Below are positions 52,495 through 60,713 of a stretch of DNA of 64,000 nt, piece by piece. The DNA comes from Candidatus Omnitrophota bacterium. GTDB taxonomy: Bacteria > Omnitrophota > Gorgyraeia > 2-02-FULL-51-18. The stretch spans positions 9,511 through 73,510 of the forward strand of contig JACPWF010000006.1 in the NCBI GenBank assembly GCA_016197155.1, written 5' to 3'. The position numbers and the translations under genes are program-made. Below the pieces are notes generated by a model. It was not told where the DNA came from, did not search any database, and saw only the letters and a program-made list of their open reading frames with translations. Position 1 is the first letter of the stretch. Each line of letters begins with the position of its first letter.

Positions 52495-54836
52495 TAAATC
52501 AGAACGCGCGCTTTTGGTTTCCCTTTGGGAGCCGTGCCGCCGCCTGAGCCGTTTTTTCGGTTTTGGAACTCCGCGCGCAAGGCGCGCGCGGCCTCGACCA
52601 TGGCCTTCAGGGAAAGGGTGGTCTCCTCCCACCCGCGGGTTTTCAAACCGCAGTCGGGATTGACCCAAAGATTTCTCGGCGGAAGAACGCGCGCGGCCTT
52701 GGTCAGAAGATTTTTCATTTCCTCCACCGTCGCCACGCGCGGAGAATGGATGTCGTAAACGCCCGGCCCGATCTCATTCGGGTAGCGGAACTTCACGAAC
52801 GCGTCCAGGAGCTCCATCTGCGAGCGCGACGTCTCGATGGAAATGACGTCCGCGTCCATCGCGGCGATCGAGCCGATGATGTCGTTGAACTCGCTGTAGC
52901 ACATGTGCGTGTGGATCTGGGTTTGGTCCGAGACGCCCGAAGAGGCCAGTTTAAAACTCTCCACGGCCCATTTCAGGTACCCGGCCCACTCTTTGCGGCG
53001 AAGGGGCAGGCCCTCGCGGATGGCCGGTTCATCGATCTGGATCACGGCGGTCCCCTGTTTCTCGAGGTCGCGGACCTCGTCGCGGATCGCCAGCGCAATC
53101 TGCCGGGCGGTTTGGCTCCGCGGCTGGTCATCACGCACGAACGACCATTGCAGGATCGTGATCGGACCGGTGAGCATGCCCTTCACCGGTTTTTTTGTGA
53201 GCGACTGCGCGTAAGCGGTCCACTCCACCGTCATGGGCCGCGGCCGCTCGACGTCTCCGTAGATCACGGGCGGCTTCACACAGCGCGTCCCGTAGGATTG
53301 CACCCAGCCGTTTTTCGTGAACGCGAAGCCGTCCAACTGCTCGCCGAAATATTCCACCATGTCGTTGCGCTCAAATTCGCCGTGCACGAGGACGTCCAGG
53401 CCGATGTCCTCCTGGCGCCGGATCGCGTCGGCGGTTTTTTCCCTTAAAAATTCGCAGTAGGCATCGGCGGACAGATCGCCTTTTTTGAAACCGGCGCGCG
53501 CCTGGCGCACATCGGCGGTCTGAGGAAAGGAGCCGATCGTCGTCGTGGGAAAAAATTCGAGACCGAGCCGCTCGCCCTGAATCTCCTGCCGGACCTTAAA
53601 AGGGCTTTGGCGCCTTGAGTCTTTCGGTTTTACCGCGCGAAGCCGCGCGGCCACCGATTTTTTATGAATGCGCGGGCTTTTTTGACGGCCCCGGATCGCG
53701 GATTCATTTTTCTGAAATCCGGCGGCGGCGCTTTTTTCGCCCGACAAGGCCTTTTGGATCATTTTAATCTCCGCCAATTTCTGTTTGGCGAACGAAAGCC
53801 AATTTTTGAGCTCGCCGTCGAGCGAAGTCTCGAGGTCCAAATCCATCGGCGAATGAATGAGAGAACATGAGGAAGCGATCACGCACGCGTCCGCGCCCCT
53901 TTTCCGAACGGCGTTTTTCAGAAAGGAAACGGCCCTTTTCAAATCCGTTTTCCAGATATTCCGGCCGTCGACGACGCCGAGCGAGAGGATTTTATTTTTC
54001 GGGACCGCGCGGAGGGCGGCCGCCAACTGCCCGGGCGCCCGCACGAGATCGATGTGAATGCCGTGCACGGGCAAGGCCGCCGCGAGTTTTAAATGCTCCC
54101 CGAGCGCGCCGAAATAAGTCGTGAGCCACACGCGCGCGCCGGGGGCTTCCTTCGCGAAAAGCGCGTACGTTTTTTTGAGGGCCGCTTTGGCCTTGGCGTC
54201 CAGATCCAAAACAAGCGCCGGTTCGTCGATCTGAATGTCGCCGGCGCCGATCGATTCGAATTTTTTCAAAATGGAAACGTAAACTTTGAGAAGGCCGTCC
54301 AAAAGCTCCCAGCGCGAAAATTTCGCGTCCTTTGACTTCCCCATTAAAAGATACGTCACCGGGCCGATGATCACCGGGCGCGTGGAAACGCCAAGGGCCC
54401 TGGCTTCTTTAAATTCCGCGAAGGGTTTTTCCGACGCGGGCGAAAAACGCATCCCTTTCGAAAATTCGGGAACGAGGTAGTGGTAATTGGTGTCAAACCA
54501 CTTGGTCATCTCCATCGCGGGCACGGATTTCGAGCCGCGCGCCATCGCGAAATAAGTGTCGAGGTCCACAGCCCCGCCCTTCCAGCCATAGCGGGCCGGG
54601 ACGGCGCCGACCAGGGCCGTCAGGTCCAGCATCTGGTCGTAAAAACTGAAATCATTCGAGGGAATAAAATCCATTCCGGCTGATTTTTGAGCGAGCCAAT
54701 TCTTCTTTCGGATTTGGCGGCCGGTTTCCAGAAGCGCCTCCTTCGGGATCTCGCCCTTCCAGTAAGATTCCGTGGCCTTTTTTAATTCGCGATTTTCCCC
54801 GATGCGCGGGTATCCCAAATTTGCTGTTTTTAACAT
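52494..54836 (-). CDS. metE: Cobalamin-independent methionine synthase
   Basis: EMTKWFDTNYHY, TTIGSFPQT, HTHMCYSEF and WVNPDCGLKTR. Confidence 0.97.
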   Translation of the reverse strand: MLKTANLGYPRIGENRELKKATESYWKGEIPKEALLETGRQIRKKNWLAQKSAGMDFIPSNDFSFYDQMLDLTALVGAVPARYGWKGGAVDLDTYFAMARGSKSVPAMEMTKWFDTNYHYLVPEFSKGMRFSPASEKPFAEFKEARALGVSTRPVIIGPVTYLLMGKSKDAKFSRWELLDGLLKVYVSILKKFESIGAGDIQIDEPALVLDLDAKAKAALKKTYALFAKEAPGARVWLTTYFGALGEHLKLAAALPVHGIHIDLVRAPGQLAAALRAVPKNKILSLGVVDGRNIWKTDLKRAVSFLKNAVRKRGADACVIASSCSLIHSPMDLDLETSLDGELKNWLSFAKQKLAEIKMIQKALSGEKSAAAGFQKNESAIRGRQKSPRIHKKSVAARLRAVKPKDSRRQSPFKVRQEIQGERLGLEFFPTTTIGSFPQTADVRQARAGFKKGDLSADAYCEFLREKTADAIRRQEDIGLDVLVHGEFERNDMVEYFGEQLDGFAFTKNGWVQSYGTRCVKPPVIYGDVERPRPMTVEWTAYAQSLTKKPVKGMLTGPITILQWSFVRDDQPRSQTARQIALAIRDEVRDLEKQGTAVIQIDEPAIREGLPLRRKEWAGYLKWAVESFKLASSGVSDQTQIHTHMCYSEFNDIIGSIAAMDADVISIETSRSQMELLDAFVKFRYPNEIGPGVYDIHSPRVATVEEMKNLLTKAARVLPPRNLWVNPDCGLKTRGWEETTLSLKAMVEAARALRAEFQNRKNGSGGGTAPKGKPKARVLI

Positions 54837-54863
54837 GACTCAACCCTTATTTTGTCGTGCGTC

Positions 54864-54893
54864 GTAGGGGCGAGGCGGCGCCTCGCCCCCTAC
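54864..54893. repeat. GTAG-type REP
   Basis: gtaggggcgaggcggcgcctcgccccctac hairpin. Confidence 0.85.
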
Positions 54894-54918
54894 AATATGG
54901 GTTTGCCTTCTTAAATTG

Positions 54919-56025
54919 TCAAGAAATTTTGGAAAGCTTCCTCAAATATTCGTATCCGTAGAGCCCCGTCGCGTGGCCGTCGCTCCAGCGGATCTGAAGC
55001 GCGTACCGGCCCACGGGCTGGATCGCCGTGGCGCGGATATAGGAAGGAAGGGTTTCGGCGTGGAGCGTGCGGTGACCGGTTTTTTCGTCCACGCAGGCCG
55101 CGCAGGGACAGGCCAGGCGCAGGTCGCGCGACTCAAAGACGCTCTTTTTGCCGTCCGACCACTCCACCCAAACCTGCGGCTCGTTGGGAGAGCTCAGCGC
55201 GACCGGCAATTTTTTGTCCGAGCCCTGAGTGCCGCGGATGCGGATCTGTGCGGCCAGATTTTCCGCGATCGCCATAAAATGTTTCGCCGCGGGGCTGTCG
55301 GGATCGGCGTGAACGACGGGGTCTCCCCCGTCCGCTGACTCACGAATAGAGGTGACGAGCGGAATGCCTCCCAGATAGGGAATCCCGAGCGTCTCCGCCG
55401 CGCGGCGCGCGCCGCCCGAGCCGAAAATTTCATCCTTTTGCCCGCAGTGGCCGCACACGTAATGGCTCATGTTTTCAATGACCCCCAAAACCGGCGCGTT
55501 CAATTTATCGAACATCATGATTGCCTTTTGCGCGACATTCCACGCCACGTCCTGCGGCGTCGAGACCACCACCGCTCCCGTGATCGGGATCGTCTGGCAG
55601 AGGCTCAGCTGAATATCCCCCGTCCCCGGCGGCAAATCGACGAACAGGGTGTCCAGCTCCCCACATTCCACGGTCCCCAGAAAATCCTGGACCATCTTGT
55701 GAAGCATCGGCCCGCGCCAGATCACCGCCTCGTTCGCGGGCACGAAAAATCCCATGGAGATGATTTTGAGGCCGTATTTTTCGACGGGGGCGATGCGGCC
55801 GGTCTCGAGGGAAACGGGCTTGTCCGTCACTCCCAGAATCGTCGGAATGCTCGGACCGTAGACGTCGGCGTCCATGATCCCCACCTTCCGGCCGGTCGCG
55901 GCCAGCGCCAGCGCGAGATTGGCGCTCACGGTGGATTTTCCCACGCCGCCTTTGCCGCTGGCGACGGGGATCACGTTTTGGACTTTGGGGATCAGTTTTT
56001 CTTTTGCGTTGCCGAGGATGGCCAT
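54919..56025 (-). CDS. apbC: Mrp/ApbC Fe-S carrier ATPase with a C-terminal DUF971-like domain
   Basis: SGKGGVGKST, DADVYGPS, WRGPM and CGHC; tail LRLACPCAAC...GRYALQIRWSDGH. Confidence 0.88.
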   Translation of the reverse strand: MAILGNAKEKLIPKVQNVIPVASGKGGVGKSTVSANLALALAATGRKVGIMDADVYGPSIPTILGVTDKPVSLETGRIAPVEKYGLKIISMGFFVPANEAVIWRGPMLHKMVQDFLGTVECGELDTLFVDLPPGTGDIQLSLCQTIPITGAVVVSTPQDVAWNVAQKAIMMFDKLNAPVLGVIENMSHYVCGHCGQKDEIFGSGGARRAAETLGIPYLGGIPLVTSIRESADGGDPVVHADPDSPAAKHFMAIAENLAAQIRIRGTQGSDKKLPVALSSPNEPQVWVEWSDGKKSVFESRDLRLACPCAACVDEKTGHRTLHAETLPSYIRATAIQPVGRYALQIRWSDGHATGLYGYEYLRKLSKIS

Positions 56026-56056
56026 TTTCGTCTGGGGGTTATTTTACACTTTCCAC

Positions 56057-56085
56057 TTGAAATTAAAAAGGTTTTCGTCTATACT
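56057..56085 (+). promoter_or_regulatory. Sigma70 promoter driving a leaderless short ORF
   Basis: TTGAAA-17 nt-TATACT-6 nt-ATG 56092. Confidence 0.65.
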
Positions 56086-56091
56086 GCTCTT

Positions 56092-56223
56092 ATGTTCAGA
56101 TCCATTCGACTTCACAACGCACTGTCCACGATCGCTACGGCCGTAGCGGCATGGCGCTTTATGCCTTGTCATTACTGCTCCAAGCGCACGGGTGTGGGTT
56201 GGGAGGAGAAGGGGGTTCTTTAG
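56092..56223 (+). CDS. Putative 43-aa leader peptide
   Basis: MFRSIRLHNALSTIATAVAAWRFMPCHYCSKRTGVGWEEKGVL*; lies between a promoter and a terminator. Confidence 0.5.
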   Translation: MFRSIRLHNALSTIATAVAAWRFMPCHYCSKRTGVGWEEKGVL

Positions 56224-56266
56224 TTCGCATTGAGTTGAGTCAATAAATAAAACCTAAAATCCGATC

Positions 56267-56302
56267 AACCCATTACCGAAAGGTGATGGGTTTCTTGTTT
56301 TT
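56267..56302 (+). terminator. Intrinsic terminator / attenuator hairpin
   Basis: aacccattacc-gaaa-ggtgatgggtt followed by tcttgttttt, upstream of the next gene's RBS. Confidence 0.75.
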
Positions 56303-56324
56303 AGGGCAACCGAAGGAGGAAAAA

Positions 56325-56537
56325 ATGTTAAAAGTCATTGAAAATCCGGGGCGCAAAAAAAGAGGGCAGACGGTGAAGCACCCCGTAAAGCTCACGGCCC
56401 TCTTCTACCTCAAAGAGGCTTTGCTCAGAGAACGGTACGAGACTTGCCAGGAGATCATCGCGACGGCCAAGGAGTTCGGGGCGGCGGAATTCGAAATCGC
56501 CGACCTCCTCGAAGACCCGAGGCGAAGCCCGACCTAA
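56325..56537 (+). CDS. Hypothetical 70-aa protein
   Basis: Strong AAGGAGG RBS before ATG 56325. Confidence 0.7.
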   Translation: MLKVIENPGRKKRGQTVKHPVKLTALFYLKEALLRERYETCQEIIATAKEFGAAEFEIADLLEDPRRSPT

Positions 56538-56550
56538 AAGCGGGGTGGTT

Positions 56551-56581
56551 GGGGTCAGAGGCCTCTGACCCCTACGACCCC
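56551..56581. repeat. REP-like element (GGGGTC family), inverted copy between convergent genes
   Basis: Reverse complement ggggtcgtaggggtcagaggcctctgacccc matches 50798-50828 at 29/31. Confidence 0.85.
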
Positions 56582-56582
56582 A

Positions 56583-57563
56583 TCAGTAGCTGGCGATCAC
56601 CGCGTTGGGGTGATCCTTGGAGACATCCATCATGCGCCGGAGCGTTTTTTCCGCGCGCTGACGGATGCCTTCGGGGATCTCGATCCGGTGTTCCAGGACC
56701 TCCAGCGCGTGGGCCACCCAGCCGAGGGTCGTCATCTTCATCGTTTGGCAGACGAATTGCTCCGTCGGGACGATGAAGCGTTTTGTGGGATGGTCTTTTT
56801 TTAATTTAAAAATCATCCCCATTTCCGTGCCGATGATGAAGGTGTCGGCCCTGCTTTTGGCGATGTAGGGCGAGAAGCCGCTCGTCGAGCACACGTGATC
56901 GGCCAGGTCAATCACATCCGGCGGGCATTCGGGGTGCGCGATAAAAGGCGCGCCCGGATATTTCGCCTTCGTCCTCAAAACATCCTCAGCCGTCACGCGG
57001 ATGTGCGTTGTGCAGAATCCCGACCAGAGAATGATTTCCTTTTCGGGGCAGAAACGCCGGACATAATGGCCGAGGTTTTTGTCGGGGACGAATAAAATTT
57101 GTCTGTGCGGGAGAGATTTGACAATTTGGACCGCGTTGGAGGATGTGCAGGCAATGTCGCTCTCGGCCTTCACCTCGGCGGAGCTGTTGACGTAGCAAAC
57201 CACGGCCGCGTCGGGAAATTCCTTCTTTTTTTCGCGCAGGCGATCGGCGGTGGCCATGAGCGCCATCGGGCAGTCGGCCTCGCGCACGGGCAGGATCACG
57301 GTTTTTTCGGGATTTAAAATTTTAGCGCTCTCGGCCATGAAATCCACGCCGCAGAAAACGATGACGGCCGCGCCCGTGCCGATTGCGGCCTTGGAGAGCG
57401 CCAGGGAATCCCCGAGGATGTCCGCGACTTCCTGCACCTCAAAATTCTGGTAGTTGTGCGCGACAAGGTAGGCGTTTCGTTCCTTTTTCAAACGAAACAC
57501 TTTCTCGCGGAGCTTTTCCTTCAGCGCTTTCGGATTGGCTTTTTCTAAAACGTCGAGTTCCAA
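56583..57563 (-). CDS. nadA: Quinolinate synthase
   Basis: AHNYQ, GDSL, FCGVDFMAE, YVNS, CTSSNA and AHPEC; TTG start with GAGAGGA RBS. Confidence 0.95.
   Translation of the reverse strand: MELDVLEKANPKALKEKLREKVFRLKKERNAYLVAHNYQNFEVQEVADILGDSLALSKAAIGTGAAVIVFCGVDFMAESAKILNPEKTVILPVREADCPMALMATADRLREKKKEFPDAAVVCYVNSSAEVKAESDIACTSSNAVQIVKSLPHRQILFVPDKNLGHYVRRFCPEKEIILWSGFCTTHIRVTAEDVLRTKAKYPGAPFIAHPECPPDVIDLADHVCSTSGFSPYIAKSRADTFIIGTEMGMIFKLKKDHPTKRFIVPTEQFVCQTMKMTTLGWVAHALEVLEHRIEIPEGIRQRAEKTLRRMMDVSKDHPNAVIASY
57492..57562. repeat. Direct repeat copy 1 (current nadA 5' end, 71 bp)
   Basis: 69/71 identical to 59577-59647. Confidence 0.95.
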
Positions 57564-57587
57564 CGTCTATATCCTCTCTGCTTAGGC

Positions 57588-57652
57588 CGTCATCCCCGAA
57601 ACCCCTTATCGGGGATCAAGCGGTTGATCCCCCCGCATTCGTGGGAATGACA
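57588..57652. repeat. CGTC-type bipartite REP
   Basis: cgtcatccccga...tcggggatc...gatccccccgc...gtgggaatgaca. Confidence 0.75.
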
Positions 57653-57726
57653 ACTTATAAGTTCGCTTCATCTTCCTTGTTTGTGAAAATGAACAAATCA
57701 CGTGGGTTTGAGCAATGCTCTTAAAA

Positions 57727-58854
57727 TCAGTCGGGATTGACTTTTCTTCTTCCCTGTATTGAATAAATTATTCTGGCATCTTTTATACCACTTGCGGTGA
57801 GACTCTTAATAAAAACACTGGCTAAAGGCAAGGCATCTTTGGCGGGAATCTCTCCTGGCCAACCTGGAACGGGGTATTTGGGACCAGCTAAAATATTAAA
57901 TTGCAATCTCGTTTGGTATCCATGCAAATCCGTAAAAGAAACATACAGCTCGCCAGTTTCCTTTGGTCGGTTTTCAAACATATAACTTATCATTTCATCC
58001 CAAGACATACTTCCGGAATGAATCTTAGTCCCTTTAACACAAAGAGAACCCGTTGCGACCCATTTACCGAAAGATTTCCCTTTTAATTCAGCGATCTTTT
58101 TACAAGTATTTTCGTCAAACACTTTGGTTATGGTTTGCATGGAAATTATATTACCTTCTCCATCTTTAGAATCTAGAAGCTGGTGCTCATCGATCGCATA
58201 ATAATTTTCAGAAAAGGAGGGCATAAAAAGTTTCTTACGCAAGAATGCCTCCAAAGATATAGACAAAGCAGGTATTATTGATTCAATTTCAGACCGCCAA
58301 CCCTCAATGTAGAGTTGCAATTCGTAATCGGGTCCACTGCTAGGTGTAAATACATAAAAATACTTTAGCGACCGCTGAGTTATTAGATTATCAACACAAT
58401 CTATTGTTGAGGTTTGAATTATAATCGGTCCGTTTTCTTTTAAATCAAACGAAATAGACCCCGTAACATTTCCGGGACAGAATGTTCCAGATTCAACATT
58501 TTTTTGAGTCAGTCGTTCGGCTTGCTTTAGGGCTTGAATGTGTTGCTCTTTGGAATACTTATTATCCAGTTTTAGTTTCCCAAGAAGAATCATCGGTTTT
58601 CCCGGAAGGACCGGATTGACCCAGCCTCCTTCAAGCTCAAATGCTGGCATGATTTTGTTCTTCGTAGCAACAAATAAGGGCGAATTCAATTGGGCATTCG
58701 TGAGACGCTGAAACCCTGAGGGAGGGCTTAGCAAATCGGCATCAGATATAGCATTATTCTGGGCATGAGAAACGAAGGGGTAGTTTAAAGAACCAAAAAT
58801 AAATAGCGTACCCAGACTTCCGTTGGCTATTACCTTTTTAATTTTAGGATTCAT
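57727..58854 (-). CDS. Hypothetical protein, possibly exported
   Basis: 375 aa AT-rich ORF with a signal-like N-terminus ending SHA. Confidence 0.7.
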   Translation of the reverse strand: MNPKIKKVIANGSLGTLFIFGSLNYPFVSHAQNNAISDADLLSPPSGFQRLTNAQLNSPLFVATKNKIMPAFELEGGWVNPVLPGKPMILLGKLKLDNKYSKEQHIQALKQAERLTQKNVESGTFCPGNVTGSISFDLKENGPIIIQTSTIDCVDNLITQRSLKYFYVFTPSSGPDYELQLYIEGWRSEIESIIPALSISLEAFLRKKLFMPSFSENYYAIDEHQLLDSKDGEGNIISMQTITKVFDENTCKKIAELKGKSFGKWVATGSLCVKGTKIHSGSMSWDEMISYMFENRPKETGELYVSFTDLHGYQTRLQFNILAGPKYPVPGWPGEIPAKDALPLASVFIKSLTASGIKDARIIYSIQGRRKVNPD

Positions 58855-59393
58855 GTTGGCGCTTGAAAATTGGACTCACATTCGTTGGTGATTTTGGAGA
58901 GCTTCGCAATATGCTTTTCACAAAGGGTCATTACGTCTTCGTCTAGAATGTCATCAAAACAGCACCGGATTTTACCCGTAGGTTTTGCAGTTGTTATTAA
59001 TGGTCTACTGCGAACAACATTTACCGTTGCTCCGCCTGTTCCCATAAGATGATATAAAACCACCAGATCCTTGGTTCCTTCACCGGTTGTTTCTTCAATT
59101 AGGCTTACGTGAGGATGACTTTGCACAGGACGCTCGTGTATGGTAATATCCCTTTGCCTATCCAAGTATTTCATAAACTTGTCTTGACGCATTTCTCCGA
59201 CTTTTTTTTCATACCATTTCTCAAATCCGGGAACACTGAAAAATTCCTTTTTCATCATAAATGTTATACTACGAGAGGCTGATAAAAATGCACTGATGTT
59301 GTACCTAAAAGCATCGGTATGAAAAGGGCTCTCCTTTGCACGATCCAAAAAGTATTTTGCTTCATTAAGCTTATCCGCTGTAGCAGTCACCAA
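58851..59393 (-). CDS. Hypothetical protein with a HEPN-like Rx4H motif
   Basis: KLNEAKYFL...FRYNISAFLSASRSIT...RDITIH. Confidence 0.6.
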   Translation of the reverse strand: MVTATADKLNEAKYFLDRAKESPFHTDAFRYNISAFLSASRSITFMMKKEFFSVPGFEKWYEKKVGEMRQDKFMKYLDRQRDITIHERPVQSHPHVSLIEETTGEGTKDLVVLYHLMGTGGATVNVVRSRPLITTAKPTGKIRCCFDDILDEDVMTLCEKHIAKLSKITNECESNFQAPT

Positions 59394-59576
59394 ATCTAAT
59401 CCTTTAAAATCTTATCATAACAGCTGTCACAAATCGGCTGTGTCTGAGCTTCCCCCGGCCCTCCAAAGGTTACGGGTCTCTCACAAGTACTTGGCTCTTC
59501 TTTCCCACATACCGAGCATTCCACAAACTACTCCTTGTAATAAAATTTAGTGCCCTGCTCCTAAACTGGAAGCGAG

Positions 59577-59647
59577 ACGAAACACTTTCTCGCGGAGCTT
59601 TTCCTTCAGTGCTTTCGGGTTGGCTTTTTCTAAAACGTCGAGTTCCA
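59577..59647. repeat. Direct repeat copy 2 (displaced original nadA start)
   Basis: Begins with ATG 59648, one base after the nfuA-like stop; now encodes a 33-aa stub ending at 59547. Confidence 0.95.
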
Positions 59648-59649
59648 TT

Positions 59650-60225
59650 TTACTGGACCTGCACGACCTCTTTCACTTCGGGGATGAGTGACTTCAGGCG
59701 ATTTTCCACGCCCATCTTGAGCGTCAGGATGGAGCTGGGGCAGGAACTGCACGAACCCTGGAGGTGCAGGGTCACGACGCCGTTTTCATAACCGTAAAAC
59801 GTGATGTCTCCCCCGTCCATCGCGACGGCGGGACGGATCTCATTGTCCAAAATTTCGCGGATCCGCCGCTCGATGTCGCCGTTTGCGCCCGAGCCGGCGC
59901 CGGGCGCTCCCGAAGGCCCCGGCCCCTGGGAAAAAAGCGGTCCGTCCGATTCGAGAACCGTCCGGATCGTCCGCGTGATGTTTTCGACGATCGACTGCCA
60001 GCTGGCCGATGGATTTTTTGTGACGGTGATGAAATTGTGGCCGGCCATCACGCCCAAAACCGACTCGCTCTCAAAAAGCGCTTCGGCAAGCCTCGATCCC
60101 TTGGCCGATGCCTTGTCCGGAAAATTCAAAGAGCCGGCCGGGACAAGCACGCGGTTCACGTTAAATTTGAGCGTGTTCGGGTTCGGCGTCATCTCCGCCG
60201 CTATTTCCAAAATGCCTGGATTCAT
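59650..60225 (-). CDS. NifU/NfuA-type Fe-S carrier
   Basis: TPNPNTLKF, IRPAVAMDGGD and GSCSSCPSS. Confidence 0.92.
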   Translation of the reverse strand: MNPGILEIAAEMTPNPNTLKFNVNRVLVPAGSLNFPDKASAKGSRLAEALFESESVLGVMAGHNFITVTKNPSASWQSIVENITRTIRTVLESDGPLFSQGPGPSGAPGAGSGANGDIERRIREILDNEIRPAVAMDGGDITFYGYENGVVTLHLQGSCSSCPSSILTLKMGVENRLKSLIPEVKEVVQVQ

Positions 60226-60713
60226 TTTCCTTCTCCTTCGGTTGACACTTGGCCTTTTTTCCTGCCCGCGTCCGCCAGCGCGTCCTCAAGCGCGTGCCAA
60301 ATGAGCGTCGCGCATTTCACTCGGACGGGAAATTGCCTGACCCCTTCGAAAATTTTGAGCCGCCCCACGGCCGCGCGCGTGTCCTCGCTCACCGGATCGC
60401 GCGTCAAAAAACGGAGGAACTGGTTTTTCAGCGCCTCGGCGTCCTTCACGGGCTTTCCCTCTATGAACGAAGTCATCATGGAAGCGCTGGATTTGGAGAT
60501 GGCGCAGCCGGAGCCTTCGAATCCCACCGATTCTATTTTACCACTTCCGTCGACTTTGAGATAAAGGTGATAATCGTCCCCGCAGAGGGGATTTCGCCCG
60601 TGCGAATAGTGCGTGGCGCCCTCCGGCTTCCTGAAATTCCTCGGCCGGCGGTTGTGGTCGAGGATCACTTCCTGGTAGAGGTCGTTCAATTTCACTTCGC
60701 CCATGCCGGTCAT
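60222..60713 (-). CDS. sufU: SUF system NifU-type protein
   Basis: LYQEVILDH, NPLCGD, GCAIS and RVKCATL. Confidence 0.92.
   Translation of the reverse strand: MTGMGEVKLNDLYQEVILDHNRRPRNFRKPEGATHYSHGRNPLCGDDYHLYLKVDGSGKIESVGFEGSGCAISKSSASMMTSFIEGKPVKDAEALKNQFLRFLTRDPVSEDTRAAVGRLKIFEGVRQFPVRVKCATLIWHALEDALADAGRKKGQVSTEGEGK

Larger units (their letters stand above)
57563..59576. mobile_element. About 2.0 kb AT-rich islet inserted in the 5' end of nadA, no integrase
   Basis: Flanked by the 71-bp direct repeat; visibly lower GC; carries two orphan ORFs. Confidence 0.8.

Noticed and set aside
54837-54918. SAM or cobalamin riboswitch upstream of metE
   Set aside because: The gap is about 80 bp, and its only evident structure is a GTAG-type REP hairpin.
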